Assembly (NCBI RefSeq): GCF_947568905.1
Contig: NC_079165.1
Location: forward strand, 25,792,001-25,856,000
Origin: Ostrea edulis
Lineage: Eukaryota
Reading direction: 5' to 3'
Length of the DNA: 64,000 nt
The position numbers and the translations under genes were made by a program. Positions 24,923 through 39,723 of the stretch are shown one piece after another. The notes under the pieces were generated by a model. That model was given only the letters and a program-made list of their open reading frames with translations, made no database searches and had not been told where the DNA came from. The stretch's first letter is position 1; every line of letters begins with the position of its first letter.

Positions 24923-27900
24923 TCCAAAATGGAAATAAAAAAAAATACTTGCACAGTTTTATTTTGCATTAAACTAACATAAATTATTGTGACTACACTC
25001 AACAGCCTGACTTAAAATTAGAAAAAGTTAATTAGCAATAAAACTCAGAATTACCAAGAACTGGCTAAAGCACAGGAACAACAGATTGTTGCTGTATCAG
25101 ACATCCTCCATTCAATAGCATGATATAATGCATGGTCTCATTCAATAACAATCAACCTTAATTATCTTTGACTATCATCTATTGGCAACCATCAATTGAG
25201 ACAATCGGCTCTCCACAGACTGACAGTATGGCTGATGCCAAACCAGACCGACAATATTTCTTGTATCCATCAGATGTTAGCTTTCATAGCTCACTATCTC
25301 AAGCATTATCCAATGGCAGAATTAGTGGCTATCATTTCCCAATGGATGTTTGGTTACAACCTCCCACAGTAGAGGTCCTTGCATTGTCATTATCTGGTCC
25401 TGATCTTCATATAATTTTTTGTATTATTTTCTACTATCATTAAAAATTTAAATGTTATTCTGGAAATCAAGCCCAATTACTTCCAAGTTTTCAGGAGAGC
25501 TTGTTTCCATCATGAGAGGTATCAGTAAAATTATGATACATATACTTTAATCTGATATCAATCTGAACTGTATCATTGACATGGTCTTGATGATACTTAA
25601 AATAAAACACAGATTCTAGGCTGAATAACTGGATTAAAAATGACCAAATCAATCCCAATCATAATTATATATGTGGTTAGATGATTAAGAAATATACTCT
25701 CAGAATAAACTTGTCCTACAATATTTTATAACATATGAAATAAAATTTCCTTTGTAGGCCAAAAAATTAATTATTTTAATATTTCTTACAGACTACTGCA
25801 AATCCAATTTTGTATCAGGTAATATATCTAATCTTGGTCTTTGAGGTTACGCTTTATTAACACACTCTTCCTGAATTAACATATGCAGTTAAAACACAAA
25901 AAAAAGAATAGTCATTATCTAAAATAATTAAATAGATTATACGAATTATGAGCATCACCATTTAAAACTCCTAAATTTCAGCTCCTCAGTTGACTTTAAT
26001 CTGTAGTTCTGATTGGCTATTAGTATTGATTGTTTGGATTTCTCTATTATCATGAAAACCTTCATTCTCAGAAATTCTGAGTCATATTCCAAATTGACAA
26101 ACAACTTAATGTTATCCATTATTCAGTCACCATTCTCAAAAAATTCAGAGTTTTAATGAGATCAATAACCCATGCGTTTTCATATTCTCTTCAATAAATT
26201 GTGTAAAATTATGTACTAGCTAGCACAAAAACCAACTGAACTTCTCAGCATTTTTTTTTAATTCAAAGGGTGGTCTTTATGTTTTTCTCATATATAATAG
26301 TACATGTATATAAGTGTTTATTGTATAATAGTATATAAGTGTTTATTGTATAATAGTATATAAGTGTTTATTGTATAATAGTATATAAGTTTTAAATTAT
26401 ATCACAGATATTGTATAATGTATATAAGTGTTTAAATTATATCACAGATCAAAGTTTACATTTAATGAACAATAGGTATTGTATTAGATGCTCTATAGCT
26501 ACTTTCAGATTACTCCCATGATAAGATTTAAAAGTCAGAACCCAGGTATTAAACTAATTACTAAATTTTAAGTAATTAGTACTTCAAGCTGATATCATTT
26601 CAAAAGACATTTCTTATATAATGAGTAATATTATCAAAGAGCAAATCCAGAGAATTGATCCAGAAGATTTCTCACCAAAATGAGTGTGAAGCTATACCGA
26701 ATGTGATTAACAAACTTCCATGACAAAACATGTTGCAATTTTTTTTTATTTGTGACAGGCTTACACTACAGATACTTTCATTATGATAAAACTGAAACAT
26801 ATACAATAAACCCCTAACTTTCATTATGATAAAACTGAAACATATACAATAAACCCCTTAATACAATTAAAAAAGGAAATTCATGCCTGATACAAAATTC
26901 ATATCAAAGACACAAAACTAGTCTTACCTGATAGGTTTATGTTTTATTCCTGAAGCGGAGGTTCTGAATTGGCCTGTTGCTTGTCATGTTGTTTTCTATC
27001 AATGTGCCTGGCATTTACCAGCTTTAATGCTATGGCTGCTGACTGTACGCGAGATTTGTAGATCAATAGCAATACCAACTCGAGGAGACAGCGCCCACTG
27101 TGATAGTGACAGTCACTTCTAAGGAGGCTCTCGGCACAGGTGTAAATTGCACGTATATATCAAAAATATAAAACACTTTCTCTCTCTCTCCCCTCTCTCT
27201 ATTCTTGTAGAGAAACACGGAGTAAAATCTTTACTAATTAATTACTGGAATGCTCTTACCAATCCCTGGTAATTAAAAGGCAGATAAAACTGATATGTGT
27301 ATACTTTTGTTGATGTTAATTATAGTACTTCTGGAGAATTTTTGGCAATTGAAAAGTGGTGTACTAGTAAAGAACTAATCATAAGCTGACTGGCATAGTA
27401 AAATACTTGACGTGAATAATGCATGTAAAAATCCAAGATGTCCCACATATGAATGAAATTTTAAACACATTATTGAATTCATCAATAATGGAATAAGATT
27501 ATTTTGATGACAGATATGAAAACTACAATATAATCATATCTGAATTCTGAAATGATTATACAATGTAATATCCATTACTATTATGATGAATTATGTAATA
27601 ATTGTTGCTTAACAGTCATAAAATACTGCAAAGTTAAGTATATCATGAATTAAGTAACACACACATATATAATTAGTACCTAATGCAATACCATAATTAC
27701 AGGACCCTGATATAAGCAGATTCTACAGTAAACATTGTTAGAATAATGCACCACAGGGAATCTTTAATAACCAACTACCACAGGAAAAACAACAAGCTTG
27801 TTTACCTCATCCCGGGGTTATCAGTGCACAATCTGTTTACTGGTACCTTCTGGGTTACAGCTTAGTCATGTCTGAGAATATCAGTACCTTATATATAACA

Positions 27901-28077
27901 GGTTTTGTGAATGAGTGTGAACTTATTTTCGTTAAATAGCATTCACAAGCCACAGATTCAATGAGTACATATGTTGTTCAGGTACTGTATACAAGTGGGA
28001 GATTGGCAGAATTCTGTTGGTGGTATAGTGGTTCAATGACCATGCCATATGCTATAGTAGTTAAATGACTGTGTCAA

Positions 28078-29570
28078 GTTGTATAGTAATTCATTGACCA
28101 TTATACATGTTGTATAGTAATTCATTGACCATTATACATGTTGTATAGTAATTCATTGACCATTATACATGTTGTATAGTAATTCATTGACCATTATACA
28201 TGTTGTATAGTAATTCATTGACCATTATACATGGTTTTGAGTAGAGAATCATTGACTGTGTCATGTGGTATAGCAGTTCAATGACTCTGTCATGTGGCAA
28301 AGTGGTTCAATGACTGTGTTGTGTGGTATTGTGGTTCAATGACTGTGTTGTGTGGTATAGTGGTTCAATGACTGTGTTGTATGGTATTGTGGTTCAATGA
28401 CTGTGTTGTGTGATATAGTGGTTCAATGACTGTGTTGTGTGGTATAGTGGTTCAATGACTGTGTGTTGTGTGGTATAGTGGTTCAATGACTGTGTTGTAT
28501 GGTATTGTGGTTCAATCATTGTGTTGTGTGGTATAGTGGTTCAATGACTGTGTTGTGTGGTATAGTGGTTCAATGACTGTGTTGTGTGATATAGTGGTTC
28601 AATGACTGTGTTGTGTGGCATTGTGGTTCAATGACTGTGTTGTGTGGTATAGTGGTTCAATGACTGTGTTGTGTGGTATTGTGGTTCAATGACTGTGTGT
28701 TGTGTGGTATAGTGGTTCAATGACTGTGTTGTATGGTATTGTGGTTCAATCATTGTGTTGTGTGGAATAGTGGTTCAATGACTGTGTTGTGTGGTATTGT
28801 GGTTCAATGACTGTGTTGTGTGGTATAGTGGTTCAATGACTGTGTTGTGTGGAATAGTGGTTCAATGACTGTGTTGTGTGGTATTGTGGTTCAATCATTG
28901 TGTTTGGTATTGTGGTTCAATGACTGTGTTGTGTGATATTGTGGCTCAATGACTGTGTTGTGTGGTATTGTTGTTCAATCGTTGTGTTGTGTGGAATAGT
29001 GGTTCAATGACTGTGTTGTGTGGTATTGTGGCTCAATGACTGTGTTGTGTGGTATTGTGGTTCAATGACTGTGTTGTGTGGCATTGTGGTTCAATCATTG
29101 TGTTGTGTGGTATAGTGGTTCAATGACTGTGTTGTGTGGAATAGTGGTTCAATGACTGTGTTGTGTGGTATTGTGGCTCAATGACTGTGTTGTGTGGTAT
29201 TGTTGTTCATATCAATCATTGTGTTGTGTTGAATAGTGGTTCAATGACTGTGTTGTGTGGTATTGTGGTTCAATGACTGTGTTGTGTGGTATAGTGGTTC
29301 AATGACTGTGTTGTGTGGTATAGTGGTTCAATGACTGTGTTGTGTGGTATTGTGGTTCAATCATTGTGTTGTGTGGTATAGTGGTTCAATGACTGTGTTG
29401 TGTGGTATTGTGGTTCAATGACTGTGTTGTGTGGTATAGTGGTTCAATGATTGTGTTGTGTGGTATTGTGGTTCAATGACTGTGTTGTGTGGTATATTGG
29501 TTCAACCGTTGTGTTGTGTGGTATTGTGGTTCAATAACTGTTGTGTGGTATTGTGGTTCAATGATTGTGT
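28078..29570. repeat. ~1.5-kb minisatellite of 29-bp units preceded by a 31-bp variant sub-array
   Basis: (gtatagtaattcattgaccattatacatgtt) x ~5, then (ggtatWgtggttcaatgactgtgttgtgt)n. Confidence 0.95.
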
Positions 29571-29879
29571 TGTGTGGGTTGCTGTGTGTGTTTAGTTAAA
29601 CAAGTCAGAATAGTTGTGTGGGTTGCTGTGTATAGTTATACAAGTCAGAATAGTTGTGTGGGTTGCTGTGTATAGTTTTACAAGTCAGAATTGATGTGTA
29701 GGCCAGTTGTTGTGTATGTACAGTGATACAAGTCAGACTAGCTGCTTTGATTGCTGTGTGAGATATGGAAATAGTACCGAGAGAAGTAAATCATTGCTCA
29801 ATTATTAAATGTCAGTGGGATATTTTGGATTAAATACAGTACCACTGACACACCACGTGGAACATAAAATGATACATAC

Positions 29880-30019
29880 ATGTTCAGCAAACACTATAAG
29901 GGCATTGAACTCTGGTGCGATATCGAACACTAATCCCGTATTGTCCCAGAATGTGTCTATTGGGCCCTCATTTCCTGTGTAGAAGAAAATTGGTCCAACT
30001 CCTGGTTTCCACCATTTAT
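29880..30019 (-). CDS. DPP7: DPP7-like peptidase S28, coding exon 2
   Basis: tttgtag|...|gtatgt; encodes DKWWKPGVGPIFFYTGNEGPIDTFWDNTGLVFDIAPEFNALIVFAEH; phase fits exon 1. Confidence 0.9.
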
Positions 30020-31107
30020 CTACAAATCAAACGGATCACTAATGGTGCCATCATAATTCATTTAGGACTTAGCATATACATACACTGATTGGAAAGTATC
30101 AGTTAAGTCAATTGATCAGAACAGCAGCTGTTACTCTGATGAAGGTGAATGTATGTCAGTCCTAACTGCTACCAACTCCTTTCCTGTCATTATTCAATCA
30201 TGGTAAAACCTGAATACTAGCTGGTACAAAATAAATAATAGCAAACATTTTCATTTTGTGACTAAAACTTCTGCAATAAGATAACTATCAATTAATCATA
30301 CAATGAGAGATCTACCGTAACAATGTATTTATCAAAGAGATAGGTACTGTACATATTAATTGACCTTAAAATTGAAAAGTAGCTCAATGTAGATATTTCA
30401 AGATTTGACAAAATGCAAACAGGGATTGTTTGCTAGACGTTTTGAAAAAAAAAATGTTACAAGCTAAGTGTCTATGTTTAATAAATGTGACATAATTTAT
30501 TCACAATCTAAGGAAAAATTCATGTAAATATATTGCAGTATATTTTTTGTAGTTTTCAAGTTCTAAGAAATGGTATTCACATGTGTCACCCATCATAATT
30601 TGATCAATTATTATACATGGTCATATCAATAATCAAATATTTGAATTTTAAGTTGGGCAACACATGTGCACTATTTTATCTGAAGGAAAATATTCAGAAT
30701 TTTGGGTTTTTTTTGCATGTTTTTACAAAAAATTCATGAAAGATTTCCATGTTTATGTCATCGTATAAAATATCAGTCTGCTAAATTTTAATGAAGCATG
30801 CCTTATTTGCTTCTCTCTGGGCATTTGACAATAAAATAGCAAAGGTGTCTGCACCACAGGAGGTACCATTATTTCTGTAAATATTCCATAAAACATGTAA
30901 GTTTGAGTCAGATAAAGACCAGTAGCATGCCTAGGTTGTATAAGCACTTATTTTAAATTAGCAGTCTTTATATGTAAGTAAATATTTCCATTCAGATGCA
31001 TTTTGTTACTAATATGGATATATTTTTTTCTTAACAGATAGGCTGAAACAAACCTGGCTGTTTGCAATGGATAGTCATTAACTAATTTAACTAACAAATG
31101 TTCATTA

Positions 31108-31490
31108 GGGATGAGATCAAAAGACTGACAATGGATAAAAATCTAAATTCAAATAGTTAGAGGGAGCTAGAGGGATAAAAACTCCTGTAAGTTTCTGTCA
31201 TCCGACATCAATTACACTTTAGTGGTAAAAAAAAAAAGACAAGCGACAGTTAAAAACCACATAATACCGTAAATTAAATTTTAATGAACATTTAATAGTT
31301 TTAATGTAAATTTTCATTTGTGAAGAAACAGTAGAAAAGGTATGCAGAGTGTTATGTCTAATCATATGTTTTTTCTTGTATTCAATTCGTTTAACCATTC
31401 GTCATATTTAGTTTTAAAGGGGTGGGTGGGTCTTGGTGAAAATTATGTGAATTTAGTTTTTTGTCAGACATTGAACTTTTGACCTTGCCC
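31108..31490. mobile_element. MITE copy 2 (PIF/Harbinger-like)
   Basis: TTA-gggatgagatcaaaag ... cttttgaccttgccc; homologue of 24542-24922. Confidence 0.55.
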
Positions 31491-33478
31491 TTTACTGATA
31501 ATTAAATTGTTCAGTATCAAACACTTAACGTCCATCCAATATATTCAGAAATGCAGTTACTGCGGCAATCAAAAAAGAAGAAGAAACAATTCTTTGGTCA
31601 AAAATGGCTGTGACAGATTTAGAGTTCTTTGTGCACTTTCTGTAATATCAGAGAGTATCAATAAAATGTAAGAAGATTAAAATTTTGTAGCCATTTAAAT
31701 TCTTAGTTGACAAGATTTTAAGACCCATTCAAAATTCTTTCCCTATAGTAATGCATACTTGTGTAAAACTGGGACCTGCATGGGTACCTACTAGTGATGG
31801 GACAACAGTTAATTTTCATAATTGATCATCAGTTGGAATTGGTTGCTGCTTCTGATGCGATTTTACCAATTATAATCGGAAGACATATTTCTTTTTAAAA
31901 TGCATAATCCATGAGTTTTTTTCATTTACATATGTATATTTATAAGTTTACAAATAAATATAATTATATATTTAGTTCTTTTTATTTAAGAGTTCATTGC
32001 AATCTTTGTGCTTTATATATAATATTTCAAAATCCACTTGAATCTTATATGATCCTCTTAAAGTTATGTCAAATATCCATTTTCAATGACTGTGTAGCAA
32101 GTAACAGTGTGGCGAGAAAGCAAGTTTCATTGACTTAATGTTCGAGAGGTCTAACATGCTGGTCACATGCTGCCACAATATTTAGTTTCACAGGTCGTGA
32201 GTTTAACCCCGGACAGGAGCAGGAGTGGATATCCACTTACACAGTGTAGTAAATTTTTCTGTGCTCTATTTCACATTTCTTCACTTATTAATTAGAGCAG
32301 TTATGTTTGATTGTTGTGTTTTCTATAATGTGAAGTTGTTTGTGCATTTCCTATATATACATGTATATAGAGATGCACCTTTTAATTCTTTTGAAGTTTC
32401 TAGAAGTGTCTGTTTCAGACTGTATAAGAAATGTATATACATCTGATGATCGATTATGAAAAAAATCATCGATCATTGGAATCGGTAGCTTAATTTTTTC
32501 ATCAACAATCGATGATTTCTGATTATCGGTATTCTAATATTCTAAAGTATAGGAAAGTGATTTTTTTTTTGTGAATTTTTTGTTAAGCCAAGAGATGTCA
32601 CGTAATTCATGATGGTCAAGAAATTTTCATTGTTTCATAATATTTTCTGTTTTGTGGGCCACGGTACACAAATTCATGGATACAATTAGTGAAGATATAT
32701 ATTTTTTTTTTAGCTTTATGGGATAATTTACTAAATAGTGTTTATAATGTGAAAATTTAGGGTTAACTTTTAATTTGGTCTATATATTTTCCTTAAAATG
32801 ACAAATATTTTTGATCAAAGAAAATTTACACCAGTTGTTTTCAATGTTTCAACAATCAACATGTACATGTAGGCCACCCCTATAGTAATTTGGCATTGTG
32901 CCAAATATGCATCAATAATGCTGCACTGCTTATAATATATAATAACATTACATGCTACTGTACATAAGTTGTTTGATAAATATTATTGATCATTTTTTGT
33001 TGACGTTTTTCATGATTTTTTGATGGCCAGCTAGTGTACAGAATTTCACCAAAATTCCATTATCTTCGAGGCTTCTGTGCATGAGTATTGGGGTCTTAAA
33101 GTCATCACATGCATATGACATCACTGAATTATAAACTCAAAAATCTACAAAAAAATTTATAAGAAAAACATCCATTATGTTCACATACATTTATAATATT
33201 TAATTATGCCAATTTATAATGTATGGAAAATGCACAAATACATGAGTACTTTTCATTCCTTAATGTACATGCAGTTTTTTTGAGTGTCAGATTCCTTGTG
33301 TGGATTGTGTTTATAAATGTGCCACAATGTCGCATCATAACAAACTTCACACTAATGCAAACAGATCCTAGACTGCAGGTCCAGTCAGTTTGAGATCCTA
33401 AATCAATATTTATGACATGTCTGGGTAATATTTACAGATGAGTTTCTACGATTGAAAAGTGACACATAAACATTTTAA

Positions 33479-34545
33479 TTACAAGAGGCCCATGGGCCTA
33501 GAATCGCTCTTCTGACACATTGTAGAATCGGCAAACATTCTCACTAACCAAGATTCATCAATTAACAAAGTTTGATGATGTTAAGTCAAATAGTACCTGA
33601 AAATTTAAATGTAACTGTCCAAAAGTAGGTCACAGTGACCTACTTTTGGTCGACACACTGAAGACTCAAGATGCATCAAATGACAAGTCAAATAGTATTC
33701 AAATATAGCCATCAAATTCCAAAAGAAGGCCACAGTGACCTAGCTACTTTTTGGTCGACACACTCCAAAGACTCAAGATGCATCAACTGACAAAGTTTGA
33801 TAATTGAAGTCAGATAGTATCTGAAATATTCAGATATAAACATCAAATTCCAAAAGTAGGTCACAGTGACCTAATTTTTGGTCGACACACTCTGAAGACT
33901 CAAGATCCATCAACTGACAAAGTTTGATGATTGTAAGTCAAATAGTATCTGAAATATTCAAATATAGCCGCCAAAATCCAAATATAGTCTGTCAGAAGCT
34001 GTGGTTCTATTAAATCTTTTAAATCAGCATATTTGCAGCATTATTTCTCAATAAGTGATATATACATGTAGATATGATGTATATGTTTATTTTCCCCCCA
34101 GTGATATCGTGTGTGTATTTTATGTATATATCTTATATTATGTTATCTATTTTTCTATTCTCTCATTTATCTGTCCGTGTCTGTTTTATACAGGATCACA
34201 ATGTAAACTAGTCATTTGTACTAATTGTGCTATCCTGTCTAAATAAAAGAATTTATTATTATTATTATTATAAAATGTATTCATAAATGATTAGCCATAA
34301 AATTCAGAAGGTAGGTCATGGTGAAATACTTTTCACATGACGCACTTCAAGGTCCCATGATCCATCAACTGACAACTTTTGATGATCATAGGCTCAAAAG
34401 TGTCCAAGATATGCATCAAAATCCATTTAATAATAATTATAAAAATTGGACAAGGGGTTCTTGAGATATAGCCCTTTCTCCAAAAAGTTGATGCACACCG
34501 CACGCCAGGCATATGGCCATATAATTAGCTCTATAAGCCTTTAGG
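33479..34545 (-). mobile_element. Helentron-type non-autonomous element with ~130-140-bp tandem cores (second family)
   Basis: acaagaggcccatgggcc hairpin end; repeated aagtaggtcacagtgacctac...aagactcaagatgcatcaa cores. Confidence 0.6.
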
Positions 34546-34642
34546 TGTCATTCATGTGTAACTTTTATTATGTTTATTAATATTCTAATTCATGAAATCT
34601 GGGGTTTCTTTCCATTTTCAAAACATTTTTTATTCAAGGACC

Positions 34643-35036
34643 CAGTGGTGGATTTAAAGGGGGTCGCTGCCGGCACATCCCCCCCCCCCCCTTTCTAAAA
34701 TTTTCAAAATTAAGGTAAATCGTGGTCTCTTGTTTAGGAAAATGCAAACAGTAAAAGAAGCAATAATTTCTTCCACTCTCTGAGAAATAAATGACAATAT
34801 CTTTCGATTTATTGAATTACTTTTATTAGGAGAACTCTCATTTTTTCCAAAAATCCTTTTAAAATTTGCATTTTATTAATCTAACCTTATCAGATATGAA
34901 AGAAAATAGTGAAAAATGACTACTTGGAAGACATATTTCAGGCCCTATAAAATCTGTAAAATCCAGGCCCCCAGATCTCCTGCCTAATAAACTTGTGCCA
35001 CCCCCCCCCCCACCTCAATTCCTTGATCCACCCCTG
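34643..35036. mobile_element. hAT-type MITE
   Basis: cagtggtggat ... atccacccctg imperfect TIRs with poly-C tracts; TSD not recognisable. Confidence 0.5.
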
Positions 35037-36944
35037 TGACCTCCATCAGAGACCCCCTCCCCATGCACTACATATTTTCCCTATTCATTCATGCTGAATT
35101 TTTTTTCCTTTTACATGTGGCAGTACCCTGTGCTCCTTCCCACGTGGCCATTCTTGCTCCATTTATAGACCACTGAGAGCTGACAAACAAGAAGGTGATT
35201 CTATGTTAACCAGCTACCCCCTCCTTACTTTGTTTACAGGTGAAATGAAACCATAAGTTTATTCAGCTAAAGAGAGACAACTCCAAATGCCTGAAGGAAA
35301 ATATGTGACAGCTAACTCCTGTTAATGAGAAAAACTTAATAATTGTGATAATTAGCTAATAGAATATATTAGATTCAAATGTTTAAATTTAAAAAAAAAT
35401 TGATATTTAATACCAACACTGTCAGCTGACCCAGTATCAAAAATGTACATGTAAACATTTAGAAATGTTGTATCTTGAATGGGCCACAACACCTAACTGA
35501 TATAAGTCAATCATAATTCTATGATCTTTGGACCTTCTATCATGGTGACAAGTCATATGATTCAAACAATGTCATGAACACAAAACCACTGAATTCATAT
35601 CCCCTGCTTCACAATACACTGTAGTTGTTAAAATGTTTGTACCTAATGCTTTAGTGAAAGTGGCCATGAAGATTTGGGTCCGTCCGTCCGTCTGTCTTGC
35701 TGTTCATCAGTTTGTCTATAACATATACATTAGGTTTTGATATATATCAAATACCACTTGAACAACAACAACCACATGTTTGTGGTTTTGAATCCTAAAG
35801 TCAGACCTGAGGCATGAAAAGAGAAAAGTCAGACCTGCAGGCATGAAAAGAGAAAGTGACGATTCCGTTGCTTGAAGCGCATTCTGCATCAGAACTGAAA
35901 GCCACAGGACTTTAGGAATAAGACCTTACTAAGTTCCTGTATCATGGTAGGCCTGGACATAACTAGAACTGTCCTAATGGGACTAAATTTCAAAAGTCAA
36001 TCAAACTCAAGAATTCAAGATGAATAAAAAGATTTTTGATCCTGTACGTATATATAACAACTACGTAATACATTAAATTCATAAAGAGATTTGTGTAGTA
36101 GTTTTTTTCCTGTATATATTAAATGCATATACAGTAAAATATGTTACAGCGAACACACTTCGATAATGAATCCACCCTTACAGCGAAATGATTTTTATTC
36201 CATGTTGTTTTAAAACATATCATGAACTTATAGGATATAGTAAATTACATTTATATTAATCAAATGAATCAAAACACCTCACTACTGAAAACAATACACA
36301 ATTACAACTTCTTGTAGCCAAGTCCTTAAAATGTAGACTCTTAATTACCCACATTCTAACAAAAGACGATCCATTGGTTTTTTTATATTTGGAAACCCTT
36401 TGCATTATTTAAAATTTGCAGTATTGATTATTTTAAAAAATAAATTTCATTTCAAATGTAAATTTATTAATAGTTCACAATGTAAATCATGTTCACTATG
36501 TGTGAAGTTCATACATTCAGTACCATATCAAATCAAAACTTACAACTGTAAGGAAAGAAACAACTGAATGTATATATCGATCACAAAAATCTACACTATT
36601 TAGAGAAGTTGTAAACTTACACTCTCCAACACCTGTCACTTTCAGCTAAGCGATTCTGGGGACAAAACTCACTATCTAATTATAACCAGTCAAGTCCAGA
36701 TTAGAAAACCATCTGAACTCAGTGTGTGCTTTGAAACAATCTGATTAAAATCAGATCCTTTGATCTGCTACACATCTTATTTTCATCAAATTGGTTTTTG
36801 AATGGAATAGACTGAAACTCCAATTCTTTGAGTGGAATCTATAACCAGATAACAGTATATAGCCGAATCTCTAGCCAACAGGTTTTGGGGGACACTGTAA
36901 TCAAAATGTATATATACACAAACTACATAATGTTCATGTACTTC

Positions 36945-37330
36945 TTAATATCAAAGCAATGAAAACTAAACTAACAGTATGTACATGTAATACATTCGAT
37001 CAAAGCCATTTGGGTCAAAGGAGATTGATAATTGTCATCATTATGTGCATTTCCTACCCTAGCTATTAAACAAAAAATTTCCTTAATATCAAACCAATGA
37101 AAACTAACAATTACATACATGTAATACATTCAAAGTCAATTAGGTCAAAGGAGATTGATAATTGTCATCATTATGTGCATTTCCTACCCTAGCTATTAAA
37201 CAAAAAATTTCCTTAATATCAAACCAATGAAAACTAACAATTACATACATGAAATACATTCAAAGTCAATTAGGTCAAAGGAGATTGATAATTGTCATCA
37301 TTATATAGATTTCCTTCCCTGTATTAAATC
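36945..37330. repeat. ~130-bp tandem repeat, ~3 copies
   Basis: cttaatatcaaa...ggtcaaaggagattgataattgtcatcattat recurs at 36945, 37082 and 37212. Confidence 0.85.
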
Positions 37331-37479
37331 CCCCCCCCCCTTAATATTACAGATACATGTGTGTAATACATTCAAAGTCAATTGGGACAAAGGAGAATGA
37401 TTCTCATCATTATCATGATTACATCAATTTTTTATGCTATTAAAAACAATTTAACTGCTTCCATGATTGCTTCTACAAT

Positions 37480-38045
37480 ATACCCCTGTCTAAGTTAACA
37501 AATCCAAGGAAATGTTTTCTGATTTCATAAAGCTGGCGTCGGTGTGCTAGATCTGTGATCTCATCTGCCAACAGTGAAAATTCTTTTTCCTTCAGACTTA
37601 CAAGAGTTCTCTTTCATGATAGTCCGAAATGCAGTTCATTTCCATGACACTAGTAGATGACAGGTACTTCCTCTTGTTGTTAATTTGCATGGTGACAATG
37701 TACATCAGAACTGGTATCTTCCATGCTAGCAACAAATCTAACCCATTTTTTTTAGTGTTTTCAGATATGGTCCTGGGTATCTTGGAATCTGACAGAATTG
37801 TTTTGATAGATATGTTAATAAATGTGCTAGTACTGTTTGACAATACAATCCCAACATCCCATTTGGTGTTTTCAGATGCAATGGATGATGATCCCACCGA
37901 CAGTTCCAATTTGACAGCCCACTGTGGGCCTGGCGACAGTACTGCATTACTATTAGCTCGTGATTTTGAGAAGAAGTGGTTAATTTTACAAAGTCCTTTA
38001 TCATCTTTTTTCTTTATTTTCTTTAAGTACTATTTAGAGTTGTGA
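37480..38045 (-). pseudogene. Decayed hAT transposase fragment (ZMYM1/THAP12-like catalytic region)
   Basis: Minus strand reads SLKEKEFSLLADEITDLAHRRQLYEIRKHFLGFV, matching the FSxxADExTD...IRExFLGF motif; frameshifts and stops upstream. Confidence 0.7.
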
Positions 38046-38185
38046 GACATGATTGCAACCTCAAATAATCAACCACATTTATATGTACATTTTGTCAATA
38101 TTTCAGAAATGCTTGATTACATAAAACATTTAGAACAGTATCTTAAAGGATTTGATGGACAAAAAAATTGATGCATCTTTGTTAA

Positions 38186-38772
38186 AGCTGTATGGTCCGA
38201 ATTACAATATTTTTTTCCATCTCGTAAAAATGCTATTAAATCATCGCACGTATGTAGTTATGAGGCTGTATTACATATCATACATTATTTCACCTGTTTC
38301 AACCCAAATTATTTGATTTTAAATCGATGTTTACAAATAACCGCGTCACTGCCATTTCAAGTGATAGTCACGTGACAAGTTCAAACTTTCAGATCAGCGG
38401 TGGTTTTATCTGTGTAAAGCTGTGTATTTTGTTACAACAGTACCGTGCCATAAGTTTAATAGAAATGAAAATATCAAATACCTCTTAGTAATTCATTGTT
38501 TTACGCTCTTTCAGCCTTAAAACTAGACGAGTTAATACATCATGTTGGGATTCCCCTGACGCGCATGGGTCTATTTATAGATGTCTATTATGGGATGATT
38601 TATATATGTACCACACTTATTTACTTTCTAAATAATATTCTCACTGTTTTCTTTTACATGCAGAAGTTTTCAAGCATGTAATTAAGGGAAAGTTAATAAC
38701 TTTATAAAGTAATTGATCTGCTTTAAAGTAATAATGCACAAAAATAATACATGAACATTGGGTCATACAGCT
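38186..38772. mobile_element. Kolobok-type MITE with TTAA TSD
   Basis: TTAA-agctgtatggtcc ... gggtcatacagct-TTAA (TSDs at 38182-38185 and 38773-38776). Confidence 0.75.
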
Positions 38773-39723
38773 TTAAGGCATTTGTAAATTATTCACATTG
38801 AAATTGATTTTCACCTTATACATTACCCCCAGATTTTATTATTGGGAAAAGTGCAGGTTAAATTGGGAAAATATCAGAAATTTGGGGAGGGAAAAGGGCC
38901 GATATTCAGACCTAAAATGGGTCTTTAAAAATCACTGTCAGCAAACATGACTATGGAAGTAAATGCTTCTTTAATGTTGAATTTACTGTATAAAAAGGGT
39001 CAAAGAAAGTCAAAGAGAAATCGACACTTAATGAAAGTACCGAATAGTAATGCCAAGCATATGATTTCCAGCAATTCTATACTATTATCAAGAGAAGAAA
39101 TATCATACACTGCTATTACATTTCAAATTTGTTTCTGTTACAGATGTAACGGCCTACAACTTTTCTGGAAAATTATTTCCTTTAGTTTTACATTCATCAA
39201 TAGCCTAGAAGCACCTATGAAGTGTAGTGGGGAAATTTGTTAAGAATTTTTTTTACATAAAATTGTTGAGGTAGCAATACATAAACGTTGTGCTGTAAAT
39301 TAATGCTTTTAGGGGTGGATCTGTATTCTAAGTCCAATTCCCCCAGAGAACTCAAGTTCTGAACATGCAGTTTATCTCAGGAAAAAATGTTTGCATACAT
39401 GAATCCAATACTTGCATAGCTTTAAAAGTTGTAATATCTGGGATCTAGGTGCTATTAGCATATATGTATAACATATATGTGGAATAGTGTTATTTTCAAT
39501 GTGTCAAAAATTATGTATATATGTCATTTGTGTGGTGGTTTATAATTGAAAAATCATAACACCTATATAATCCCGATAACCTTTTCAATTCAATCATTTA
39601 CAATAAGACCGAAAAAGTAGTTAAGCTCAATTTTGATTATATCACAAGAAAAATAATGTAATCAATAAGTCTAGAATAGGCCTACCATTGACAACTATCG
39701 ACTATCTACAGAACAGTACAAAC

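Larger units (their letters stand above)
22839..27150 (-). other. Candidate non-coding 5' exons of the GPCR transcript
   Basis: Strong minus-strand donors AG|gtaag ending at 26928 and 22839, upstream of the GPCR acceptor, with no long ORF. Unverified without RNA data. Confidence 0.3.

Noticed and set aside
27690-27790. Faint resemblance to DPP7 exon 3 (..FTVESA..)
   Set aside because: Stops and frameshifts, no RYYG motif and no clean splice sites.
28078-29570. CRISPR-like regular periodicity (also 46499-47098 and 52279-52712)
   Set aside because: Head-to-tail units with no unique spacers, no cas genes, eukaryotic context.
37629-38045. 138-aa plus-strand ORF
   Set aside because: Antisense shadow of the decayed hAT transposase.
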